Positions 48,454 through 60,134 of a stretch of 64,000 nt of DNA are shown here, one piece after another. The first letter of the stretch is position 1. Every line of letters begins with the position of its first letter. The position numbers and the translations under genes were made by a program. The notes beneath the pieces are model-generated. The model ran no database searches. It saw only the letters and a program-made list of their open reading frames with translations, and was not told the origin of the DNA. The stretch comes from Camelus ferus (lineage: Eukaryota), in NCBI RefSeq assembly GCF_009834535.1, contig NC_045725.1, forward strand, positions 15,748,001 to 15,812,000, in the 5' to 3' direction.

Positions 48454-48878
48454 TGTGGTGGGTTGAATCATGACCCTCCAAATTCATGTCTCCCCAGAAC
48501 CTCAGAATGTGACTTTATTTGGAGATAAGGTCTTTGTAATTGAAGATGGAGATGAGTTCACTCTAGATTAGGTGGGCCCTAAATCCAATGAATGACAAGG
48601 GTCCTCATGGGAAGAGGAGACACAGAGAGATACACAGACAAGAGGCAGAGGTTGGAGTCATGTAGCCACAAACACCAAGGATTGCCGGGACCTACCAGAA
48701 ACTGGGAAGAAAGAAGCAAGGAAGGATTCTCCTTGAGAGCCTTCAGCAGGGAGTATGGTCCTGATGGCACCTTTATTTTGGACTTCTAGCTGGCAGAACT
48801 GTGAGAGGATAAAATTTAGTTGTTTCAGTCCACCCTGTTGGTGGTAATTTATGATGGTGGCCCCAGGAAAGCAAAGCA
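48454..48878 (+). mobile_element. MaLR MLT1C/D-like solo LTR
   Basis: tgtggtgggttgaatcatg..cagaacctcagaatgtgactttatttggagataagg..ttggacttctagc..cagaactgtgagagg. Confidence 0.88.
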
Positions 48879-50419
48879 CTCATTCTTTTTCAGCTGTAAT
48901 GAGCCATTATTCGGATTTCTTTGTACTTGCTCTGCCAGGTTCACCCCGTCCAGGTTATGATTGAATAGCAAAAGCACAGAACATGCTTGAGTAAATAGAT
49001 AGCAGCCCATACACGATGTCCTGTGAGGCCTTGCCTCCTTGGCCCTTCACCTGATTCATGGAAGCTCCTGATGTGTGTTCTCAGATTGGTTGGCTGTGTC
49101 CCCTCAGTATCACCAGAGCACATGGCTATCTGCATGCTAATTGCCTATCTGCCCCCTCAACTGGGAGCCCGGTGAGGACAGCGGCATCTTAAGGACGCCA
49201 GCATTCTCTTTCCCGCCCTCCATCCTGTGCTCAGACAGCACCTGGCCTCCTGCGGATCCTGGGTAAGCATTTGTGGGATGACTGATGACTAGTTTCTCTG
49301 TCAGGCATTATCCTTTGTGGGTATTATTTCTAGTTATCCTTACAAAAGTCTTGTGAGTTAGATATTATTATTTATTTTCAATTCAAGACATGGAAACCAA
49401 GGCTAAGGGCCTCTAGGGGCTGACCTGAGGGGCATAAAGGTCTGTTTACGGGCATTGTAGTCAACAGGAGTTTGGAAACTTATTTTGGGCTCTACACAGC
49501 CTGGCTGTGAAAACTGTATTTTTCACTGTCTGAAGTCCAAAAGTAAGACTTTACTGAGGAACGTGCATCTGACATCGAGTAGGAAACGGTGGTGGTCGTC
49601 ACTGGGGGGCAGAGGGAGGCTGAGAGAGGAGCTCCAATCTGGAAGAGCAGACACTGGGAAACACTCTAGGGAAGTGCTCGGTGTTGGTTCCCATAGGCTC
49701 GTGGTTGCTATGGGAGGGAACTGAGTTCCAAGCTGGGAAACCTTAGAAGAGTCCAGGCTGCTCTGCCGGTGGCTTTGTGACCAGACAAGTCCTTTCACTG
49801 CTAAGGCAATCGTCCAGTCTTCCTCGTTACCTCCAGACAGACTGAAAAGGGGTTTCTAGAGGAGGGTTCATGTCTGTGTTTTTAAAGATCCCGGAGGAGA
49901 TTCCAGTCCTTGGGAAGTGTTGAGAATCAATGGAAGCCTGGGGGAACCTGAGAGCCTTGGGTGCTGAGATAGAAGGGGAAGCCCCAAGGGGGCAGAGGGT
50001 GAAGATGGGGAAGCTGCAGAGATGAAGGCAAACTTGGCCGAGCGTAACTGTGCCCTGGCTGGGTGTTGGGGAGTGAGTCTGTCACAGCTTCTAGAAGAAG
50101 AGCGTGCACCTGCTCAGCCCACTCCCCCGCCACCTTGTCCCAACAGGGGCCTTTTCCCACCTGCTATCGCTCAGCCCTCACCTTGGCCCCAGCGGGCTCC
50201 AGGCTCGCTGGACCCTGGGCCCTGCCTCTCTCACTGCCCTGTGTGAGGCCCAGGCAGCTCTTGCCTTCTGCACGAAGCTCCCCTGCACTTGGGCCCCGTG
50301 ATCTCCCTAGAGGCTGAACTCCTTCAGCCTGAGTTGACACCTTAACCATCCTATATCCTCACCCACACGCATCCTGTCTCTCACGCATGTTTTCTGCCCT
50401 GGAGAGCTGGGCAGAGTCC

Positions 50420-50710
50420 TAGAGTGCAAAGAGCATGGGCTCTGGAGGCCCCACACCTGCAAGAGTTGTCATTTACTGGCAACATAACTTTGAGCAAACA
50501 ATTAACCTGGTGGCCCAGCTTCCATTTCCTCTTCCCTGTAATGAGAGTAATAATATCTTCCTCTTAGGGTTGCTGTGAAAATAAGATTAGGCACTGTATA
50601 GAATGTCCTTGGCATATAGTAGGTGACCAGGTTGCTGTGAAAATAAGATTAGGCACTGTATAGAATGTCCTTGGCATATAGTAGGTGACCAATAAATTCA
50701 TGTTGATTAA
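50420..50710 (+). mobile_element. MIR with an internal 62-bp duplication
   Basis: agagcatgggctctggag..ataactttgagcaaac..ttccatttcctc..agggttgctgtgaaaataa..ttggcatatagtaggtg..caataaat. Confidence 0.7.
50568..50691. repeat. Perfect tandem duplication, 2 x 62 bp
   Basis: ggttgctgtgaaaataagattaggcactgtatagaatgtccttggcatatagtaggtgacca at 50568-50629 and 50630-50691. Confidence 0.97.
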
Positions 50711-52249
50711 CCAAGCAACTGGATAATCATTGCCATGATCATGACTGAGATCAGGGAGCACTTTGTTATTTCCTCTTTTAGTACAGTCAGCCTGTGGGTT
50801 TTTATGAGTCTTATTTTGCAGATATGGAAAAGTGAGGGTCAGACAAGTCCTCGAGGCACACCACTCCTAAGAGGCACATCTGGGGCTGCCCTGAGGATGT
50901 CTCCCCTTCTGTCATCCACTTTCTCAACTCCGTTGCTCCTTGGGTGGATATGAGACACATAAGGACAACGGTGGCTGTTTTGGGTCTGCTCTTGGGCTGA
51001 GAACCCAGTCCATGTTTCACTAGGTTCCCTCCAGGGTCTTTCTGACGGAACTCAAGCTTAGAAAGCTTGGCCGGTCCTGCTGTCAGCCGGGGAGCTGGGA
51101 AGGGTCTGCGTGTTTGGCTGCAGGTTCTGGTCATTTGCAAAGGTGTGCGGCTGTGTCATGTTTTGGCGTGTTCCCCTGTGCTATTGAGTGTTATTGCGTT
51201 TGCTGCCCTCCTGCTCCTGTCATGGGGTACGGGTAGGAACAGGCACGCACTCCCTGCCTCTTTTCCCCTCTTGGTCCTTTCCAGGCCTGGCCTCAGAGCT
51301 GCCAGCATGGTCCAGAACACCCCCCCCCCCCCGCAGTGGTACACGTTGTCCTGTTGCCTTAGGGCAGGTGTGGAGAAGAGGAGAAGGGAGGCCGAGGAGG
51401 GGAATGATGGGGTTGGGACTTTTCTGAAAAGTCACGTGGGAACAGTTGCCACATGTGCTTCTGCTCAGGCTGGTCTGAGGCCAAATTGATGGAAGGCCAA
51501 TTGGAGGATCTGATTCAGAGTCCGGGAAAGATCACCATGGGGCCTCCGGGGCAGGAGACAGGGCTGGTGCTGGGGTCTTGGCCTGCCTTCCCTACATGCC
51601 CTGATAAGAAGCCTGTGGAGTTGCCAGGGTGCTATGTCCAGGTTGGGGCCTGGCTTCCTGAGCCAGGAATTCAGTGCCACACTTTCAATAATCACTGACC
51701 AGGCTTCCCAGGTTTTGATCATAGCTGAAGAAATGATCTCATGTGTGATTTTTTCCTGTTCAGATTTTATTTTGAACATAAAAGTTTATTGTAGATGCCC
51801 AGTGCCACCAGCCTCTTTTATTTTCTCCCCAGGCCCTGGCTATGTACACCGGTGTCTGGAGGAAAGGGGGTGTCCCAGCTCTGTCTCCCAACAGCTCCCC
51901 TCACACAAGCCTCAGCCCAGCCAGGGAGGCAGAGGGAAGCTCCCAGTGCTTCTGATCCTTTCCTTGCAGTCGGGAGAGACCAGAGGTCTTTGAGGGAGAC
52001 GTGCTGGCTGGAAGCTGTGAACAGTGGAAGCTAAGAAAGGGGGAAATGCGCCCATCCTGGGCTTGAGGGAGAGCTGAAAGGAGCATGAATATGCCTGGAG
52101 CTGAAGGGGAGAAAGATGAGAGAGAAATGTCTCTGAGGTCCCCTGGCCTTGTCCCCACTCTCCTCCTGGAGTGTTGAGCTCAGGTGTCCCGTGAAAGTTG
52201 GGGTGAGCCACTCCAGCTCGCCCAGGATGGGAAAATTCCACCTGCTCCA

Positions 52250-55200
52250 CCTGGGCTCCTTCCCTTGCAGAGAGAGAGCCATACTGGGCTCATTGGGAGC
52301 CACTCTGGGTCTGTTCTCTTTTGAGAGCTGGGCCATTCTGTTTGGAGGTCTCCGTCTGGGAGTGAAAGTGGAATTTGGGGGCCCCACCTTGTTTGATCTT
52401 TTGTTCGTGGGATGATATTTGTTGTTTGGGTGTGTGTCAGAACTTTCATTGGCCAATTGAGACGTCTTTGAGTAATGGGGACCCCGTGTGACGACACCAG
52501 GGCACCCATCCCTATTGCATTGGCCTCACCTGTGGTGGTGGAGCTGGTTGGGATTTTGCCTTTCTAGCCTTGGTCTTTCATTCAGCTTCCTTTCTGATGG
52601 GGCTTCGGTTGGGGGTCTCCCCTTTTGGACTGATGAGGCCTTGGTTAGGAATCTCCCTTTGGGGCTAGAAAACTGTGACCATGAGAGACTGTTTTAAGTT
52701 GTATGCGTGATGTTTGATAACATCAGCCGTGAATAATTAAGAAGGGATGATCGGCGTTCTGTCCCATCTTACATATAGTCCCCCTAGAGTGTTTTCTAAA
52801 ACCAAGAGATCTTCAGCTATGCTCCCATAAATAAAAGAAAATGATATTTTTACTGTAACACTGTGTGACCTCAGGACTCCCTGAGATCAGGAGAACATTG
52901 GCCCTCCTGGCTCTGCTGTTACATCAAAGTGGGCCTTTTGCAACTTGGCTTTTATCTTGCGTATGTATGTGTGTGTGAGTGTCTTGGTATCTGAGTCCAA
53001 ATCTTGTTCTCTCTTCCAAGTTTTGCTGAAAGTGAGGCATATGAATGTGAATGAATGATATGTATATATATTATTGTTTATTACTGTTATTTTTAAAAAC
53101 TGAAGTAGATATTTGGGAACTGGAAAAAAAAAATCCCTGAAAATAGCCAAGATGATTGGGTTTTATATAAACCACTAGGGGAGGAATTTGTATTTTTCTT
53201 CCTGTGCCTTTGGGATGTATATGATCTACCTGGGTTCTCAAGGAAAAAGGCTTTTTTAAACTCAGGCAGAAAAATTGTGAGATCTCTGCTTCTGTCTGTC
53301 TTTCTTTAGGTAAAAACATGTAAAAGAGCTCTATTTGACTTAAAAGTAAGCACTTACAAATTAAATACCTCTAAGTCTAAAAGAAGCTAGACAATAAATT
53401 TTAGGCTCATGTGATCTAGGAAATATTCAATATTAAATTAATATCTGATATTAAAGCTAGCTTAAGCTGGTTGGTATAATCAACACAGGCATGTCTTTTA
53501 TTGTACCTGGGTTTACTGAAAGTCAGTAGGTTTGTTTCTCTTGCAGAGTTTGTCAGAAAGAAAGAAAAAAATTCAATTAACTTGGTATGACAAACTCTTA
53601 TAAGTAAATTAAATGCAAATAACAGAAGACTTTTTGAATGAACTCATTGGATATAATCCTGTTTTAGGAATGTCTATTTGAAAATAGTCTCTCTAGATAC
53701 TTGGTAACTTGAAATTGCTTTTTTTTTTTTTTTTAATTTTAAAGTTGTGCTAACTTAAGTTAAATGATGGAAATCTGTTGAATAGCTAAATCATTCGCAA
53801 ACAAAATAAGAACATTATTTACTGAACGTTGGTTTCCCATTATAGAGAAGCTAAAAGTGTTTAGGACTTTATTAAATATGTTTGGTGACACACTGAAATA
53901 TTTTCTATAAAAAGTACACGTTTTTAGAAGTTATGATTGGTATTTACGTTTGCCATATCTACAGGATGCTAATGTAGAAGGCAATCCATATGCATGCTTC
54001 TTTGTTTTCACCAGAGATTAAAGTTTTTAAGAGTTGAGGATTCTAATTTATATATGTCATTAAAGCTACTAAAAATAATAAAGGAAACATTTCAGTGTAC
54101 AGTAGGAAAGCCAGTTATATGTTTTGAGTTTAAAAAAGTGTTTTTATCCTAACCCTGGTTGTTTCTAGATGAAAAAGTAAGGGACAAACTCATTTGGGTA
54201 CAGAAAGTTGCAGAAAGTTTGTAAAAAGGGAGCCCTAAAAAAGGAGTTTTGTGCATGATTGAGCTGAGATTAGATTAAATTTAAGTAGGTACATGGATTT
54301 TGTTATTAAAAGAAGACTGATGTAGGACAGATTTGCTTCCTCTCTGTTAAGAGATCAGGTTCACTTGCTTGTGATAACAGATGCTTCTGATAACAAATTG
54401 TGTGAAACTTTTTGATGTTGTTGACAAACTTCCTATCAAATTTTAATCAAAGTTCTTTTGACTCCAGCTAACTTTGGGATGCTTCAGAGGACCCCTGAGA
54501 CATCTCAAAGGAAAATAGTAAACCAGCTAGGACTGGTTGGTATGTTAAATTACATGGCATTGTCAAATGAGTGAGAAGCCTTCTCAGACTAAATGGTATG
54601 AATAAATGTTGTTAATATTGGCATTCTGGAAATTGTATAAGGTTTCTGAAATTTAGACTTGTCCTGGTATAATGCTATCAGTGATAATTCTAGTTGTTCT
54701 GGATGTAATTCTAGTTCTAGCCTAGTTATCTTAATATGTCGTATGCCACAGTGACATGATTGAGCTTTGTCAAAAATGTTGTAACCAGATCGTTAACCTT
54801 GCCTTTTAAAGTCTTGTCATTCATAGACAGTTAAGCTGATGCTTTGCAAAACTGCATCATCTTTAATAAGAGTCATAAAAAGGACTTTTTGACAAGTACA
54901 GGTTTCTTTTAAATCATACTGCCGAACTGCATAAGATATTTAAAGTCTAATGAAAACTCCAATTTCGTAAAAGTGTTAGTCAAAAGGCTTAATTTACTTT
55001 ACTTTAAAGAAAAGTAGACTGGTACCTGGCTACAAGTCTTCCCTAAAGAGCGAGGTCCAGACTGGTTTTCAGGCTTATTCTCCTGAATTCCTCTGGGAAT
55101 GGGGAATGAGCTCTATTTTGTCTGTTAAAGTTCTGGTTGCCACTCCTCTACCTACTTCTAATTTGTTCTGGTGGCATCAGAAGGGCTGGGATCTTAATCA

Positions 55201-55633
55201 TAACATCTTTTTTGGAGGGGGGTGGTAATTAAGTTTACTTATTGAGGAGGTACTGGGGATTGAACCCAGGACCTCATGCATGCTAAGCATGCACTCTGCC
55301 ACTTGAGCTATACCCTTCCCCCTGGGATCTTAATCATACAAGACTTGGATCCAGGACTTGAAACTTAGGAATATTTTCAATATGGTGTTGGTCCCTCAAA
55401 TTTGAGGCAGGACTAGGCCCCATTTCAGCAGGAAGTAGCCGGAGTGGTTGTCGCCCCACTCCCTGAAAGATTTGGGGAAGAATGAAATAGGACTGGAGAC
55501 TAAAACTGAGTTCCCCTAAAACTGGGTTCCTCTGTCAAGCTTGTGGGTAATCTTTCTGTCCAAAATATTACTCACTTTCTTGTCCAACACTTGTTCTTCT
55601 CAAGACTGAGGAGAATCAAAGAAGAGGGGGAGT
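52250..55633 (+). mobile_element. ERV1-class (MER4-group-like) non-autonomous internal sequence, AT-rich, no ORFs
   Basis: 3' end carries CAGCAGGAAGTAGC (55426-55439, typical of the ERV1 env-end/3' UTR), then a polypurine tract aaagaagagggggag (55618-55632) immediately before TGTAAC. The ORF track lists nothing between 53320 and 56170. The 5' boundary is uncertain. Confidence 0.7.
55203..55321 (-). mobile_element. tRNA(Ala)-derived SINE inserted in the ERV remnant
   Basis: Canonical head; perfect 17-bp TSD ctgggatcttaatcata at 55186-55202 and 55322-55338. Confidence 0.96.
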
Positions 55634-55810
55634 TGTAACTGAGCAGAACCCCGGGGGGCCGTCCAGGGTCAGGCCTCTCCCCCATAGCCTCTCCTGCAGC
55701 TCCTCTCTGAAGTACCCAGACAGTAGTATCTCATGTATACTCCCTGAGTTTTCCAGATGCTTAGAACCACCACCAAAGCAAAAAATTAACTACTTGAGTT
55801 CCTGATAATA
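55634..55810 (+). mobile_element. Truncated 3' LTR (U3 start) of the ERV1-like element
   Basis: TG start directly after the PPT (tgtaactgagcagaaccc...); older L2/MIR-like sequence resumes about 175 bp later. Confidence 0.7.
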
Positions 55811-55899
55811 TCGTCAGTTCTTGAGAAGCCTTCAACACATATTTATTGTGGACCCGCACAAAGCAGTACAGGCAGATGGTGTCCTCCAAGAGTTCAGGT

Positions 55900-56110
55900 T
55901 CTCAATCTGGGTGCTTAAACCATTAAGGATTTGGGGCCAGACTCGGGATCTGAATTCTCATGAGCTTCGTGATCTTTCTAAAGTTACTTGAACTCTCAGT
56001 TTCCTCATCTATAAAATGGGCCTAATCACAGTACCTAGTCATAGAATGAGTAATGTTCTTAGAACAATGCCTGCCACAAAAGAAATTCTCAAAGTTGTTA
56101 GCTATTAACT
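55900..56110 (+). mobile_element. MIR
   Basis: aagttacttgaactctcagtttcctcatctataaaatgggcctaatcacagtacctagtcatag..ttagaacaatgcctg. Confidence 0.75.
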
Positions 56111-56799
56111 TTATCACAATACAGTGTGATCAACACCATGGGAAAGATGTAAACAGAATGCTGGGGAGGCCTAAGTGAGGAATGTTACCCAAGGCAATCC
56201 AGGGAGACTTGTCTGTGTGCATCTCTGTGGCTTTAACAAAGGAAAAGACTCAGAAACCTGGAGCATCCAAGTAAATCCCGTTACCCAGCAGCCTATGTGG
56301 CTTTGCTGGAGCCCTCGGGCTGTCTTCCAGATGTCTTCCAGAAGTGGGGAAGCTTGGCTCCCCAATGTGATCATTGTGGCATGGGTCCAAGTTCTCTTGA
56401 GGTTACTCTAGACTCATGGAACTGGGAACAGCTCCTTTTGGGGAAAAGTCAGCTGTATGTTGAACTGATGGAATTTCCTAGCATTTTCATTGTTTATGAG
56501 AAACAAATGACCAGTGATTCAGAGAAATAATATCTACTACTAATAGTGAAAAAAAAAACCCCTGAAATTTCTGTACAGTCTTGGTGAATACAAAGTCACA
56601 ACTGTCTTTTACACTCAAGCATAGCTCAAAATCTTTGAGTCTGGAGAACTGACGGAGCTAACCCTAATGACAGGGCACCAGAGAAATGCAAATCCCAGAG
56701 AAGGGGCATTGGTACCCTGGACAAGGTTATTAATGAGTCCTAAATTTCGCTTGGCTTTTGGCTTTCTTTCTCTTGGTTATTCTGGCAGTTATATTGAAG

Positions 56800-57470
56800 G
56801 TAACTGTCAAGCGTCAAGATAATTCATTGAGGAAAAGGATAGTCTTTTTCAACAAATGGTGCTGGGACAACTGAATATCACATGTGACAGAATGAAGTTG
56901 GACCCTACCTAACACCATATACAAAAATTAACTCAAAGTGGATCAAAGATCTAAATGTATGAGTTAAATCAGTAAAATTCTTAGAAGAAAACAGGAGTAA
57001 ATCTTTGTGGCCCTGGAGTAGACAATGGTTTCTTTGATATGACACCAAAAGCACAAGTGATAGAAGAAAAAATAAACTAGGCATCATCAAAATGAAAAAC
57101 TATTGTGCTTTAAAGGACTCCATCAAGAAATTGAAGAGACAACCCACCAAATAAGAGAAAAAATTTACGCACAAAAACTTGTTCACAAATGTTCATAGCA
57201 GGATTGTTCATAACAGCCCGAAAGTGGAAATAAAGCCAATGACCATCAGCTGATGAATGGATGGATAAGTAAAATGTAGAATATCCAAACAATGGGATGC
57301 TGTTCAGCCACGAAAAAAAGAATGACATTGCTACACGCTATAATGTGGATGAACCTTGGAAACATTATGCTAAATTTAACAAGCTAGACCCTGAAGGACA
57401 CACATCCCATTTATATGTAATGTCCAGAATAGGTCAATCCATAGAGACAGAAAGTAGATTAGAAGGTTTC
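56800..57470 (+). mobile_element. Old L1M ORF2 fragment with an apparent internal deletion near 57165, then 3' end
   Basis: ggaaaaggatagtctttttcaacaaatggtgctgggacaactg..aaaattaactcaaagtggatcaaagatctaaatg.. jumps to cacaaaaacttgttcacaaatgttcatagcag. Confidence 0.85.
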
Positions 57471-57805
57471 CAAGTTTTCAAATCTGTTGCACTACCAGAA
57501 ATACATATCCCTATGATAAAATTTCTCCCTATTAAACTGGCAATGATTTAACAAGGGCATATGTAAAAGTGAGGGAAGAACTCTTATCTGCAACTGGTGG
57601 GAGTATAAATTGGTACAGCAATTCCTGAGAGAATTTGACAATAATTATTAAAAGTGTGAACACCTTGCATACCTTTTGTCCAGGTAGTTTCATTTTTAGG
57701 AATCCACACACATTCTTGATGACTTCAGCAGAACAAAGTTTCAGCTACAAGGATGTTTGTCATATTACATAGCATTTCCCTTAATTATAAACTGTTTAAA
57801 TATTC

Positions 57806-57836
<31 letters not shown>

Positions 57837-58733
57837 AGAGGAAACAAAGAGGAAGCAGAAGCACTTATGCCAGGAAAGGAAAACTTTCTGAGAAATTGCC
57901 AGCAAATAAATTTTTAGAGCTCCTTCTTGGCCATCCCTAGTTATAAGGAAAACTGGGAAATGTAGAATTTTATTTGGGTACAAAACCAAGGTTTTCTTAG
58001 TAAGAAAGAAGGGAGGAATGGACACCATAAAGTATTTCTGTCTGTCTGTCTCTCTCATTATCTATCATCTCTGTCTTTCTATCTGTCATCTATCTACATT
58101 TTGAAGGCTAGACATCAAGTTCATTTGATGGTCATTCCTACTTGGTTGGATTTTAAAGATGATTTTTACTTATTTTTGCATATTTGAGATTCCAAATTTA
58201 CTTTCAATGATGCTGTGTTATATTTATAAAAAAGAAAAAGTCACTTAAAAGAAGTTACAGTTAAGAATGGGATGACACATGGTGGGATACGACCAAAACC
58301 AAGTGTGGTTGCAGAGAAGCTGTGAGGAGCAGAGAACCAAAATATCTCAGGTGTGGGGGATGAGGAAATTTATGGAGATACAGCAACTGTAGTTTGTAGG
58401 GAACTCTGGCTGTTCTTGCTGGATTGTTGCTTCCTTGGCTTTTAATCTAAGGAGAGTCCAAAATGTTGCCTGATGTCTTCAAGTTTCTACCTACAATCTA
58501 GTTGGAATTTATAGGACTCTGCAGCCCTTACAGGCAGCCCTGCCTATGGAGAGAGAATTTCTCGAGTATGTGTAGCTTTTAAAACCCAGGTAGCTGTCTG
58601 ACACTGTGTTAACGTCTCATTTCAGCCCTTTAGTTGGTTGATGATGTTCTAAGACCTTCTTATTGGATCCAGCCTCAGAAGGCAGACAGAGACACCTCTG
58701 TGTCTTCCCCCAGAGGAGCTTTTAGCATCATAG

Positions 58734-59242
58734 TGTTACTGAGTCCAAACTCATTCTGCTCACCACACGACAGGCCAATAAACTGGGAAACAAAGTGTTG
58801 GGGCAAGGAATAATGACTTTATTCGAAGCCAGCAGACCGAGAAGATGGGGGACTAATTCCTAGAGAACCATCTTACCCAAGTCAGAATTCAGGCTCCTTT
58901 TGCATTAAAAAGAAGAGGGGGGGTATGTTTGGTTGTTGCAAACTTCTTGGTGTCAGAATCTTTTGTTCTTGCAGCTGTCCAAGGTCAGGTCATGATGTTC
59001 CTATAAACCTCCAACAAAACAAATGTTATTCTCTGTTCTGCAACTTTTTATCTCTCTGAATGGAAAAGTGTTATGCCCTTAAAGGTCGGAGCCTTGAGAA
59101 TGGGCTGTCCTGTATATTTCAGGATGTCGGCAACATTGTTTTACAAAAGGTGCGGAGCCAGCATGACTGAGCACAGGAAACAGCACAGGGTTAGAGCTAA
59201 AGGAACAGGTCTGATATGGAGTCAGATGTGTTCTTTATTACA
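58734..59242 (-). mobile_element. Solo LTR (ERV1-like), copy 1
   Basis: TGTTA...TTACA termini; flanks atag/gtag (4-bp TSD with 1 mismatch); minus-strand AATAAA at 58823-58818; collinear with 59619-60134. Confidence 0.88.
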
Positions 59243-59389
59243 GTAGCAGCTACTTGGTCTCAAGATTCCAGCTATAGAAGAACAAACACAATGTGCCAAG
59301 AATTTACAAGAAGCAGTTTACCCCCTTTACCTGAGATGCTTCTGCTGCTGTTGCTGGCTTCCATTTACTGAGTATCTAATGTACTTTCT

Positions 59390-59540
59390 CATTCAGCCCT
59401 TAAAACCACTTCACAAGATGGGGAGTTATTTTATAAATAAGAAAACCAAGGCTCAGATGGGTTAAATAAATTGTCTAAGAGCACACAGCTGGGACAGTGG
59501 GAGAGGCTCTATTACAGGTCATCTGTTTCCAGAGTCTGTG
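59390..59540 (-). mobile_element. MIR between the twin LTRs
   Basis: aagaaaaccaaggctcagatgggttaaataaattgtctaagagcacacagct. Confidence 0.65.
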
Positions 59541-59597
59541 CTCATAATCATTATGTTAGTCTCCTCTTAGTGCGACCAACTGTATATGGCTGTCCTA

Positions 59598-60134
59598 TTT
59601 TTTTTTTTTTTTTTTTTTACTGAGTCCAAACTTGTTCTGCTCACCACACAACAGGCCAATAAATCGGGGGATGAGGTGTTGGGGCAAGGAATGATGACTT
59701 TATTTGGAAAACCAGCAGACCAAGAAGATGGCAGACTAAAGTCCTAGAGACCCATCTTACTGAAGTCAGAACTCAGGCTCCTTTTATACTAAAAAGGGGA
59801 GGGAGTGTGGTTGGTTGTCACAAACTTCTTGGTGTAGGAATTCTTTGTTCTTGCAGCTGCCCACATGGGTCAGGTCATGGTGCCCCTGTAAAACCACCAA
59901 CAAAACAAATGTTATTTTCTATTCTGCAACTTGCTATCTTTATATGAGCCCAAAAGTGTTAAAATTCTTAAAGATCAAAGCCTTGAGAATAGGCTCTCCT
60001 GTATATTTTAGACTAAAGGCAACATTCTTTTACAAAAGGTGCAGAGGTAGCAAGACTAAGCCTAGAAAATGGCACAGGATTAAAGCCAAAGGAACAGATC
60101 TAATATGGAGTCAGATTTGTTCTTTTCTGTTACA
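59598..60134 (-). mobile_element. Solo LTR (same family), copy 2; left terminus replaced by a T-run
   Basis: Collinear homology to 58734-59242; ends tgttaca at 60134; minus-strand TATAAAAG (59788-59781) and AATAAA (59704-59699). Confidence 0.88.

Larger units (their letters stand above)
47636..49038. repeat. Dispersed direct repeat of about 88 bp (47636-47723 and 48950-49038)
   Basis: Both copies start ccaggttatgatt, share the perfect 29-mer caaaagcacagaacatgcttgagtaaata, and continue tacacgatg.cct.tgaggc..gcctcc. Confidence 0.93.

Noticed and set aside
26048-50691. CRISPR-like or other prokaryotic repeat-spacer array
   Set aside because: The sequence is eukaryotic; the repeats have 2-3 units without unique equal-length spacers, and there are no cas genes.
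57805-57890. Isolated A24 run as a tail-only retroposition
   Set aside because: The candidate flanking repeats (ccaggcaggaaaa / ccaggaaaggaaaa) are poor and not adjacent; simple slippage suffices.
58734-60134. Complete mini-provirus (LTR-internal-LTR)
   Set aside because: The spacer contains an older MIR with no PBS/PPT, and copy 1 has its own near-TSD.
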